Shown: in pieces, positions 1 to 11,276 of the stretch | How the letters are laid out: each line of letters begins with the position of its first letter | How positions within the stretch are numbered: position 1 is the first letter of the stretch | Origin: Bilabrum cf. latius | Lineage: Eukaryota | Direction of reading: 5' to 3' | NCBI GenBank assembly: GCA_965178125.1 | Contig: OZ237751.1 | Location: 496,001 to 560,000 of the forward strand | DNA length: 64,000 nt | Made by a program: the position numbers and the translations under genes | The notes under the pieces: generated by a model | The model's input: the letters and a program-made list of their open reading frames with translations, nothing else | Databases searched by the model: none | Told to the model about the DNA's origin: nothing

Positions 1-2464
1 GGATGTGGACGTGGACGAGCTTGTGGAAGATGAGGACCTGGACGAGGAGGACGAGCCGAATGCTGGATCGAAGAAATCCTCCTCGCCCAGGGCAAGACAC
101 GGCAGCAGCATGCGTGCAGGAAGCATGCGGGCCGGCTCATCGCATTCAAAGCACCGCAGCAGGTCCGGATCAAGAGAGAGCCGATCCGGAGCTCGAAGTC
201 CGCGCATTGCTCAGTATTCTGCGGAAGGAATCCGCATCGAGCCTGACCACGGCAGAGGTGCCAGTGCAGGCCCAGACAGGAGTGTTTCGAATCAGCTAGT
301 TTCAGCCATCCAAACTGGGGAGCTTTTTGTTGCAAAGAAGCCGGGCAAGTCGTTGCTTGCTGCAGACTCTGCAGAGTCTCAGCCTGGAACGAAGGACGAG
401 TTTGGGCTAGTGCGCCTTGGACAGGGGCAGGGGTCAGCAAGCGGTGCTGGAATGGAGCCAAAGATTTCTCTGTCTCAAATGCAAGCAGACGAGCTTATTG
501 AGGCAGGGACGAGGACCGTTGGTGGCAAGATTAAAGGCAAGAGCAAGGGCAGACGCCGCTCAATGTCTCGCCGCTCTTCCATGCAACGGAGCAAAGCAGC
601 TCTGTTCGAGAAGCGAGAAAAACGGGCACAGCGACGCTTCTCCGTTGCTGTCGCCAACACATCTTCTGTTCAGAGACTGAGTCACATGAAATCTACCGCG
701 GCATCAAAAGCAGCAGACTACGGAACTGGGATGCCCACGCGATTTCGGAAGCAGAGGAGGAGGGCATCCATCGCAGCGACGGGCGGCAGGCTGCTTCAGA
801 GCGAGACGGGTCAAGTCAAGAATTCCCGTGCTAAGACGAAGGCTGTGGTGGTCAGGATGATGCTAGCGAGCAAGGCATAGTCCTAGAAAGACGGCTCCAA
901 ACCAGAGCATTCTCCCTCGACCGCACCCGCCGCAGCCAAAGCCAAGTCTGGGCGGTAGCTTCCCAAGCTTGCCATCAAGATCGCTGACCCAAGCGCAGCT
1001 GCTGCCGGGGCCAGCAGCAGCACCAAATCGAAGTCGGCTGCATCCTCGTCTGCCGCAGCGCGTCATCAGAATCAGAATCGGCACCACGAGCAGCCCATCC
1101 ACTCGGCCGATAAAACGGCCCAGGCTCTGGACGGACTCGCTAGGCAGCGCAACTCCGATTGGATCTCCGAGCAGATCGGCGCCAACGAGGACTGCTTACC
1201 TTCCGCACTCAAGAAGAAACTCAGGTTGCTTGCTCAGGAAGTGGCGGCCGGCTCACACGCCGATGTGTCGAAGAGAGTTGAAGAGGCAGCGGCGGCAAGC
1301 CACAAGATTGCCAACTCCAAAGCATCTTCTGGGGCAAGCACTGGCAGTGCAGGCAGCAAGCATTACTGGGATGCAAGAGCTCCGATAGAGGCTGAGGGCT
1401 CGCAAGGGATGAGCCCCGCAAGCAGCCTGGGTGACGTAGTTTCGTTTGCAATCCAGAAGACTCTGGGAACGGCCGATGCGGCCCTTTCAAAGGCGAAGCC
1501 ATCAACCGTCGACGGCCAGGACGGAGAGCCTCCAGAGGACGAATCACTGCTGAACGATCCTGTCGCGCAGCACAAGGCCGATGCGCTTCGAAAAGACAAA
1601 GATGAGCGGCTGCACAACCGGATTGCGCTGGCATGCGCCACCCCGTTCTCCCGGGGAGTCAATCTAGCTGTCATAGACGACCTATCCAGGGCTTCCTTCA
1701 TCTCTTACTATGAGAGTGGAGAATATGGCCGGGGCGTGAAGCTGGCATGCAAGATTACCAAGCGCTATCTAAGGTCTCTCGTGCGCCCAAGTGAGATTGC
1801 GCAGCGGGCGAAGCAGGCAGCTGAGCTGTCTCAGTCTATGGGTGGTGGCCTCGGCATGGCGGGCAAAGGACGCAAGCTGGGTGCAGGGGCTGGGCACGCA
1901 GCCGCGCGGGGCCTCCGGTCAAGGCCCGGCTCCAAGCAGCGGGTGGTAGTGATCGATGTTGATGACACGGCTCTCAGCAGCTACCAATACATGCTTCGAA
2001 CACAGCTGCAGCGGCTGCCCTAGGCTAGCCCTGATTGGTTCATGTCGGCATCTGCCCCGGCCCTTGGGCAGGTCTACCGTCTGTATCGCTGGATCATCGA
2101 CAATACCGACATTGGCGTTGTGTTTGTGTCTGAGAGGCCTCGAGAGGCCCTATAGGCGACCAAGGAGGCGTTGGTTAGAGCTGGGTACACCAAGTTCCAC
2201 AGCATTGTCTTGAGACCGGACGAGGAAGAGCTCGATCGCAAGTACCTACAGGCAAGAACCAGGCGGGGATTCTATCACAGTGCGCAGCAGTCCGTCGTGC
2301 GGGTGCCGATGACGGCTGGGCAGTTCAAATTTGAGTCTAGAGCTCGCTTGCAGGAAGAGGGCTTCGAAATCGTCGCATCGGTTGGGGATCAGGAGAGTGA
2401 CTTTTTTGGAGGACACTGTGGGTTCGCGGCCAAATTGCCAAACCTGCTCTATGTGGTTGACTGA
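1..2464 (+). CDS. 5'-partial gene: long basic/low-complexity region followed by a C-terminal HAD-superfamily class B (IIIB) acid phosphatase domain
   Basis: ORFs 5-880, 1226-2023 and 2171-2464 share one frame and are separated only by TAG codons. Motifs: YYESGEY, VVVIDVDDTAL (HAD motif I), VVFVSER, IVASVGDQESD, KLPNLLY. Ends at TGA 2462-2464. Confidence 0.8.
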
Positions 2465-2576
2465 TCCTGCTTGTGGTGAACGATTTCCTTTTCTGATACA
2501 TCAATAGAACACTGAAAGCGAGAAGAAATTCCTTTGGATCAAAGAAGTTGAAATACCAGCACCACAACGGCACTCG

Positions 2577-5324
2577 CTGATTCAGGCTCAGGCTGCTTTG
2601 CCCTCGCCCCAGCTCAGTGCCCCCTGGTGCTGCCTGGCTCTCTGTGGCCCAGGACGCGGTGTCACCACCTCCGCGCTTTCGACCGGACAGAGCTGACTGG
2701 CTCTGCCCGCATGGCACCCGCCTCCGATGCTGGGTTTTTGCCGGTGGGAAGCTGCCTGTTTTGGACTTCGTGTGCTCCCACCAGCCCCACACCGCACCAG
2801 CGAGTGCCGCCGGGACACAGCTGATGCAGGCTCAGGCTGCCTTGCCCTCGCTCCAGCTCAGTGCCCCCTGGTGCTGCCTGGCTCTCCGTGGCCCAGGACG
2901 CGGTGTCACCACCTCCGCGCTTTCGACCGGACAGAGCTGACTGGCTCTGCCCGCATGGACACAGCTGATTCAGGCTCAGGCTGCTTTGCCCTCGCCCCAG
3001 CTCAGTGCCCCCTGGTGCTGCCTGGCTCTCTGTGGCCCAGGACGCGGTGTCACTAGCTCCGCGCTTTCGAACGGACAGAGCTGACTGGCTCTGCCCGCAT
3101 GGACACAGCTGATTCAGGCTCAGGCTGCTTTGCCCTCGCCCCGGCTCAGTGCCCCCTGGTGCTGCCTGGTTCTCTGTGGCCCAGGACGCGGTGTCACTAT
3201 CTCCGCGCTTTCGAACGGACAGAGCTGACTGGCTCTGCCCGCATGGACACAGCTGATGCAGGCTCAGGCTGCTTTGCCCTCGCCCCGGCTCAGTGCCCCC
3301 TGGTGCTGCCTGGCTCTCTGTGGCCCAGGACGCGGTGTCACCACCTCCGCGCTTTCGACCGGACAGAGCTGACTGGCTCTGCCCGCATGGCACCCGCCTC
3401 CGATGCTGGGTTATTGCCGGTGGGAAGCTGCCTGTTTTGGACTTCGTGTGCTCCCACCAGCCCCACACCGCACCAGCGAGTGCCGCCGGGACACAGCTGA
3501 TGCAGGCTCAGGCTGCTTTGCCCTCGCCCCAGCTCAGTGCCCCCTGGTGCTGCCTGGCTCTCCGTGGCCCAGGACGCGGTGTCACCACCTCCGCGCTTTC
3601 GACCGGACAGAGCTGACTGGCTCTGCCCGCATGGACACAGCTGATTCAGGCTCAGGCTGCTTTGCCCTCGCCCCAGCTCAGTGCCCCCTGGTGCTGCCTG
3701 GCTCTCTGTGGCCCAGGACGCGGTGTCACCACCTCCGCGCTTTCGAACGGACAGAACTGACTGGCTCTGCCCGCATGGACACAGCTGATTCAGGCTCAGG
3801 CTGCTTTGCCCTCGCCCCAGCTCAGTGCCCCCTGGTGCTGCCTGGCTCTCTGTGGCCCAGGACGCGGTGTCACCACCTCCGCGCTTTCGACCGGACAGAG
3901 CTGACTGGCTCTGCCCGCATGGACACAGCTGATTCAGGCTCAGGCTGCTTTGCCCTCGCCCCAGCTCAGTGCCCCCTGGTGCTGCCTGGCTCTCTGTGGC
4001 CCAGGACGCGGTGTCACCACCTCCGCGCTTTCGAACGGACAGAGCTGACTGGCTCTGCCCGCATGGCACCCGCCTCCGATGCTGGGTTTTTGCCGGTGGG
4101 AAGCTGCCTGTTTTGGACTTCGTGTGCTCCCACCAGCCCCACACCGCACCTGCGAGTGCCGCCGGGACACAGCTGATTCAGGCTCAGGCTGCCTTGCCCT
4201 CGCCCCAGCTCAGTGCCCCCTGGTGCTGCCTGGCTCTCTGTGGCCCAGGACGCGGTGTCACCACCTCCGCGCTTTCGACCGGACAGAGCTGACTAGCTCT
4301 GCCCGCATGGACACAGCTGATTCAGGCTCAGGCTGCTTTGCCCTCGCCCCAGCTCAGTGCCCCCTGGTGCTGCCTGGCTCTCTGTGGCCCAGGACGCGGT
4401 GTCACCACCTCCGCGCTTTCGACCGGACAGAGCTGACTGGCTCTGCCCGCATGGCACCCGCCTCCGATGCTGGGTTATTGCCGGTGGGAAGCTGCCTGTT
4501 TTGGACTTCGTGTGCTCCCACCAGCCCCATACCGCACCTGCGAGTGCCGCCGGGACACAGCTGATTCAGGCTCAGGCTGCTTTGCCCTCGCCCCAGCTCA
4601 GTGCCCCCTGGTGCTGCCTGGCTCTCTGTGGCCCAGGACGCGGTGTCACCACCTCCGCGCTTTCGACCGGACAGAGCTGACTGGCTCTGCCCGCATGGCA
4701 CCCGCCTCCGATGCTGGGTTTTTGCCGGTGGGAAGCTGCCTGTTTTGGACTTCGTGTGCTCCCACCAGCCCCATACCGCACCTGCGAGTGCCGCCGGGAC
4801 ACAGCTGATTCAGGCTCAGGCTGCTTTGCCCTCGCCCCAGCTCAGTGCCCCCTGGTGCTGCCTGGCTCTCTGTGGCCCAGGACGCGGTGTCACCACCTCC
4901 GCGCTTTCGACCGGACAGAGCTGACTGGCTCTGCCCGCATGGCACCCGCCTCCGATGCTGGGTTTTTGCCGGTGGGAAGCTGCCTGTTTTGGACTTCGTG
5001 TGCTCCCACCAGCCCCATACCGCACCTGCGAGTGCCGCCGGGACACAGCTGATGCAGGCTCAGGCTGCTTTGCCCTCGCTCCAGCTCAGTGCCCCCTGGT
5101 GCTGCCTGGCTCTCTGTGGCCCAGGACGCGGTGTCACCACCTTCGCGCTTTCGGCCGGACAGAGCTGACTGGCTCTGCCCGCATGGACACAGCTGATTCA
5201 GGCTCAGGCTGCTTTGCCCTCGCCCCAGCTCAGTGCCCCCTGGTGCTGCCTGGCTCTCTGTGGCCCAGGACGCGGTGTCACCACCTCCGCGCTTTCGACC
5301 GGACAGAGCTGACTGGCTCTGCCC
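2577..5324. repeat. Tandem satellite array of 15 copies of a 144-bp unit (A), six of which carry an extra 100-bp module (B)
   Basis: Units start at 2577, 2821, 2965, 3109, 3253, 3497, 3641, 3785, 3929, 4173, 4317, 4561, 4805, 5049 and 5193. Spacings are 144 or 244 bp and units differ by only a few SNPs. Confidence 0.97.
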
Positions 5325-6345
5325 ATTCGCTCTTTCTCTGACAATTTTGGAATGCCTATAGTCGGCTGCTGTGAAATTCAGATGTTTTCCAGTGCTGATT
5401 TGGTTGCGAGGCGTGCAGTGGAGGCTTCCCGGTCGTTGTATGCGAGCTCTTTGCCTGCGCGATGACCTCTGTCATGGCGTTAGCGAGCATTGATCGCAAA
5501 GAATTCAGGTGAGCATCGCTACAAAGTGGCATTTTGGCTAATTCGCGCATTTTTACCCCTGATTCTACTTGTGGGTCTCTGCCTCCAATTATGCTACACG
5601 GTCACGCTGCCAGCCCATCACGTGGCACTAATCGTCCAACACAGCGGCGACATCGTCCATCGGATGTTAACATGAAGCTGCACAAGATTGCTGCAGAGAT
5701 TCGCGTCTTTTCTCCAACGCATGCGAAGGCACTACTGGTCGTCTACATCATGCTTTTGAATTCGTAGATTGTCATGCTCCTGTCGCAGTTCACCGTGAAA
5801 CAATTGTGTGGAGAACGCTGCATCCCGATCTGCAAGGTAGATTGCTACTTTTAGCATAATCTCCCTGCATCACCAGGCGAATTTGAGATGAACTCAAAGA
5901 CAACAACTACAGCTGAAGCTGGCACCTCGCGCCAGCGTCTCAGCTCCAGGCTGTCGGAGGATATTCCCGAGTCCGCAATGGCCTTGTTTCTAGAGCCATA
6001 GACGAAAACGATTGATCTCCGTCCAACTTGCTCATCTCCGGGTGCCGCATAGCTGTTGTCTTGGGAGTGCAGTTTACTCAGCCTGGGACCTCAATTCTAG
6101 GCAAAGTGGCCAGTAGAACCTACCAGACTCGTGTCTGGCAGAGCATGAAAGGTCTTAGTATTTCAAAGACACACCGGTAGCTAATCACGACCCAGCCACC
6201 GTCTTACATGCGAGGATTTTTGGCTCGACTCGCTCTGCTCGGAGCAGACTGCTCCGTGAAAATCGTATTTTCTTTGTTGCGTGCCAAACCCTTTCGACCG
6301 TTTGCCGCCGGTAATTTCAGCCTCGATTTTCACGCCGTTGGATCT

Positions 6346-9300
6346 ATGGCGGCAATTCTTGATCTCAATAATAAATCAATTGAAAAAGTTTGGCAGAGGA
6401 AGCCAAGGCCAAATTCAAATGGAGAGCTTCTACGAGTTGTTACAGGCAATGTAGGCCCCAACTCCAGCGTAGTTCGGAGCAATATTGGAGCCACTGCACT
6501 GAGCCATGACGGTCAAGTGCTGGCAGTGTGCTAGAAGAAAGGAGGTTTGGTTGAAGCTCTTCAGTTCTCTTCCAATCGGCGCGAGAGTCTTGGCCACAGC
6601 GGCGCTGCTGCAACTTGCGCAACGTTTTCCGATACAACGCCTACCACCGCCAGAGAACTATACGTTGGCACCGCAAGCGGGAAAATCAAAGTCTTTGTCT
6701 CAGGAGATCCCAGCTCGGATTCTGGGGCAGGTGCTCTGGCCACGCTGAGGGGCCACGGGTCTGCTCCGGTCAACCGTGTGCTTGTTAGTCCGACTGGAAC
6801 TCGAGCTCTGTCGATTTCAGCGGACAAGGCAATTCTTTGGGACACTTCAGATTGGAGAAAGGTCCGGACGCTACGATCTCGCGACGGAATCGTGGACGGG
6901 TCCATCTGCAAGGCCATGCCGACCGTATCAGGCGACTTGGCAGAGGGCGACCCTGACCGCCCCGCTGACGTGGCGGAGGAGCTGCTGGTGCTCGCCTTCG
7001 GGGACGACTCCGTGATGGCATGGGACTTGCACACTCTCGCGCTCGCTGCGAGGCTCAGGCTACCGGCGCAGGAGCGGGGCGCCGGGCGAGTTCTGACGTG
7101 TGTGGCAACTGGGGGCTATGGAAGGTACGTAGCAGCCGGGCTGCGGTCAGGCAGCGTGGCGCTCTGGGACCTGCCCACTGGTGCTCTCGTGCGGATTATA
7201 GACCTCCCTGAGGCAGTGAACCGGATCCAGTGTGTTCATTTCCTGCCCTGCTAGCTGGGCCCCGGGGCGGCACTGGCCGAGGCAGGCACCGACCTCGCAG
7301 TGACAGGATTACGGCTGGCTGTTCTGGGCGATGACGGGGCCGTTCGGAGCCTAGAAGTGGTGGGAAAAGACGTATAGCAGCGATGCGTTGCATCGGGGAA
7401 TACACCAATCGTCCAGTTCGCCTTTGCAAGCGCGAAAGGGTCTAGAGGAGCGCGCGCCCCTCCGCTGTCGGGCAGGGAGGGACGCGGCAGCGAGCTGCTG
7501 TCTTGCGTGCACAGCGACGGCAGCGTGAGCCTGAGGGATCTGGTGGTGGCGGAGGATTGGCAGGCTAGAGTGCTCCACAGGGCTAGCGTGGAGGCAGAAC
7601 GTGCGCGGCGCCTCGCCGACGGAACCGACGTTCCGGGTGGGTCCGCCGGGCGGCTGGGCCGATTCAAGCAGTCCCAGCGTGATGACCCACAGCCGGAGGG
7701 CGGGGCTAGTGCGACGAGTGATCCTACTGCCTCCGGTGTGGCTGGAGCTGCTACTGGATCAGAACCGGCTGTGAACGCGGGCGCAACCGAGAGTGCTTTC
7801 GATTCCGCTGGCGGGATGGAGGAGGCGGTGCAGCGAGCTAGCGCCCAGGTGGTGCCGAGGTAGTCCACCTGGATTGAGGGCGTGCTCGGAGGAGCAGGCA
7901 AGAGGCAAGGGGGTCGAGCCTTGGTTACCACCGCGCGAGCAGCAGGCAAGTTCGCCAGGGCGCCAGGGCTTGCAGGCGCCAGAGCATCGGCCCTGGGGTC
8001 AGGCAATGCACCTGGCAGCAGTGGAGTGCAGCCGGCGCCAATGTTTGCGGGATGGAAAGAGATGGGACAGTTCCCAGGACGAGGTATCGCTGCCAGAGGG
8101 CCGAGTGTATCGGGTGGAGCTGATCAAGACGATGTTGCGGCTGGCACCGCGGGCGCTTGGGCGAATGGACTCAAGCAGGGTGCCGCGGCATGGGGAGCCG
8201 ACGCGGAGGAGGAAGGGGCAATTCCTGGTCGTGGCGCAGCGCATGTCGCCGGGCACTTTGCCGGCGTGTCTGCGAGCGCAGCCGGCGGAATCACAGGGGT
8301 AACCAGAGCTAGATTGAGGCGGCAAGCGGGATTCGAGGCGGATCGAGCCGCTGCCCACAGAAACCTCACCGGGATCACACCTCTGCATGCGTTCGTTTCC
8401 ATGGATGCGAAAGAGGTACAGCGTGTCGAGCGCGATTTGCGGGCATACCTGCACAGGCACGGCGAGTTCCCGGCATCGCACCGGCTGGCAATCTGGAGGT
8501 TTCTCCTGAGACTGCCCAGCAACACGGAAGCCTTCGCTGAGCTCGAGGCGGCGGGGACGCACCCATCGGCCCAGGACATCCTCGCAAGATACCCCATCAA
8601 GGACGGCAGGCTGGCCCGCCGGCTCGTCAAGGTGTGCTCCTGCCTCGCCCACTGGCAGCCGGTCCTGGGCGAGGTGCCATACCTCCCACTGCTCGCCTTT
8701 CCGTTCGTGGCGGCGTTCGGGGCTGGACAGGCGCTGCCCGCCTTTGAAACTGTGGCCACGTTCCTACTGAGCTGGGCAGGCAGCTGGCTGGAGCTGTTCC
8801 CTCACGCTCCCCTGGGTACGCTCGCCGCCTGCGAGCAAGCCTTGGCCCAGCTCGACCCGGAGCTCTCGAGACACCTGCAGAGGATGCACTGCACTGCAGC
8901 GCGATGGGCGTGGCCCCTCCTCCGCTCTGTTCTCTCCGAGGTCCTTCCCAAGGCGCACTGGAGCAGGCTTATGGACCACCTGTTTGCGCGTGGGAGGGAC
9001 CCGGCGCTGCTGCCGGCAGCGGTCGTGGCTTATGTCAGGTCCCAGCGCGGGAAGCTGCTCGCAATCCCGGCGGGGAGCGAGCTGGGCTCATAGGCAATAC
9101 GGGCGGCGGGTGGACCTCCCGTAACGCCGGCTACTCTGGAGGCGTGCGAGCTGCTGCGAAGGCAGGCGCCGGTGGACTGCGATACCGTGCTTCGACTGAC
9201 CTTCGCCACCCGCATGGAGGTGCCAGACGCCGTGTGGGTCGGGGCACTGCAGGCAAAGTGGGGCCCCGTAGGAGCACCCAGACTCTCCCAGCGGTCACTG

Positions 9301-11139
9301 CCGTCGTCATCGTTGATCGAAGAGGAGAGCAAAACGGAGAGCGCGGGGACCGGAACTTCCGGTGGAGGCCCGCACTCTCGCCTCCCCAAGGGGGCAGCCT
9401 ATCCCCCACTCGCTCGCACCCCGGCATACGTGGTCGATTGGCACCTCCGTGAGCGAGACAGAATTAAAAGAGAGGAAGACGCTCTCATGGAGAGGCGGCA
9501 GTCTGCCGCTGATGCTGACAGGAGGGCGAAAGAGGCCGAGGCAGCCGCCGACCGCATGCAGAGAGAAGCTAGGATGCTGACGGTTGCGGAAGAGAGGCGC
9601 GCAGAGCTCGCCGCGGCGGAGGAAGCAGTGCGTGCGAGACGACGATAGGCAGCCGCTCAGGAGCACGCGCAAGCGCAACACAGGGCGGCGAGAAGCGAGG
9701 CGCAAGCGGAGATCGCGGCCCTGCAGGCCGCCCGCACCCGACGGCTGGCCGCATCCCGTAGGCTCCAAGAAGAGACGCAGAAGAGGCGACACGAAGCGGA
9801 CGCGCTCGCAGCTGAGATGCAGACGTACGAAACGCAGCGGGAGGTGGAGCGCAGGGAGGCCGCAGAGGCAGCGGAGGCGCGGCGAAGGCGTGCGGAGGAG
9901 GAGAAGCTCGCGCTGCTGGCCGAGGCGGAGGCAGCTAGGAGCAGGGAGGCGGCGCTGGGCGAGCGGCTGGTGAGGCAGGCGTGGGCAGCTGAGGACGAAG
10001 CGAGAGAGGCATCGCGCGTGGCGAAGGAGGCCGGGAAAGAGGCCGTGCTGCTTGCCAGGGAACAAGGGATGCAGGTCAGGAGCGAGGCTATGCGTGCAAG
10101 GCTGCAGGAGCTGGATCGCGAGGCGGCGCTGGCCGCGGCAGCGAGACAGCGAAGGGTAAGACTTGCCGTACAAACGGAGGCTGAGAGGGCCGAAGAGGCC
10201 GCACAGCGCGCTGCGGCCGAGGAAGAGGCGGCTCTAGCCGCGGAAGAAGGCGCGATGTAGACCGCAGTCGCTGCGGGTCGCGAGCGCCGCAGACGCGCTG
10301 CAGACGAGCTGCGGCGGCAGAGAGAAGGAGTTGAAGAGCTGGCGGGGGCAACCAGGGAACAAGAAGAAGGCACCATGCTGGATGCAGACGCCTAGCGACA
10401 CGCCATGGCATTTGCGGGCCGGGTATCGGCATGGGAGCGCGACGAGGAGCTGGCTGAGGAAGAGGAGAGGGCTGGGGTGGAGGGTGCCATGAGGCGACAG
10501 GCCTAGCTAGGGGAGGAAGCGAGGGCGAGGGCGGAGGCAAGGTACGCTCGATCGAGAGCCGCGGCTCGCGAGGAGGCGCAGGCAGTGTTGGATGGTGCCA
10601 GGGGGTTGGGTGCGATGCCGGACTGGGCCGAAGACCGTCTGGGCGTAGGCGGCGCCATGCCGGGGGAGGCCGGGTGTGCCGGTGAGGGCGAGGAGCTGAG
10701 CGGTGAGGATGGTCAAGATGAAGAGGATGAGGATCGAGATGAGTACCGCGGGCAGGGGGGCGCAAGTGAGGACGACACAGAGATGTAGGGATAGGGATAG
10801 GGATAGGGATAGGGATAGGGATAGGGATATGGATCTGGTGATGGTGATGGTGATGGTGATGGTGAGGCCAGCGGCGGTGTGTTGCTCGGAGGATCCACGG
10901 GTGGCGAAGAGCTGGCGGGCTACGATGAGGACACGGACGAGGACTATGAAAGAGGGGGGCGTGCCGGGGGCGATGGCGATGACGATGGATATTCGGATGG
11001 CGAGGGTGGGGCGCTGGGCCACACGGTGCGCGTGAGGGTCTCGGCACGCCGCAGGCCCGAGGACGGCGACGGCACGGCGGAGGCTGAAAGTGGCGATAGG
11101 GTTGATCCAGGGGGACTGGAGCTTATGGAGGACGAGTAA
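6346..11139 (+). CDS. TBC1D31: TBC1 domain family member 31 / WDR67-like protein (WD40 + Rab-GAP TBC + coiled coil), ~1597 aa
   Basis: One frame from ATG 6346 to TAA 11137-11139, interrupted only by TAG. It has WD40 repeats (LRGH..VNRV, AILWD, VALWD), a TBC segment YLHRHGEFPASHRLAIWRFLLRLPSN...LAHW...YLPLLAFPFV, and an E/R/A-rich coiled coil. This architecture matches TBC1D31. Confidence 0.85.
10786..10827 (+). repeat. (TAGGGA)x7 coding microsatellite, in frame as (TAG-GGA)7
   Basis: Read directly from the sequence inside the TBC1D31-like frame. It is followed by a (GGTGAT)n Gly-Asp run. Confidence 0.95.
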
Positions 11140-11276
11140 ATATCATTTTGTTTTCTGTTGATTTTGTGCGACCAACTGTTCATCAATGCTGTCGCTCATC
11201 ACACCAACAGCCAGACCCCCAAACATGAAGTCGGCAAAACTATTCCAAATTCCTGCGGCTACAGTCTGGCACGCGA

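Noticed and set aside
2577-5324. CRISPR-like array or protein-coding repeat ORFs
   Set aside because: Units are 144/100 bp and the B modules are identical rather than unique spacers, with no cas genes. The ORFs shift frame at every B module.
5330-6340. Possible minus-strand gene between the satellite and TBC1D31
   Set aside because: The longest frame contains TAA and TGA stops and has no recognisable motif, so it cannot be supported.
10786-10827. Interstitial telomeric repeat
   Set aside because: The unit is TAGGGA rather than TTAGGG, there are only seven copies, and it is in frame within a CDS.
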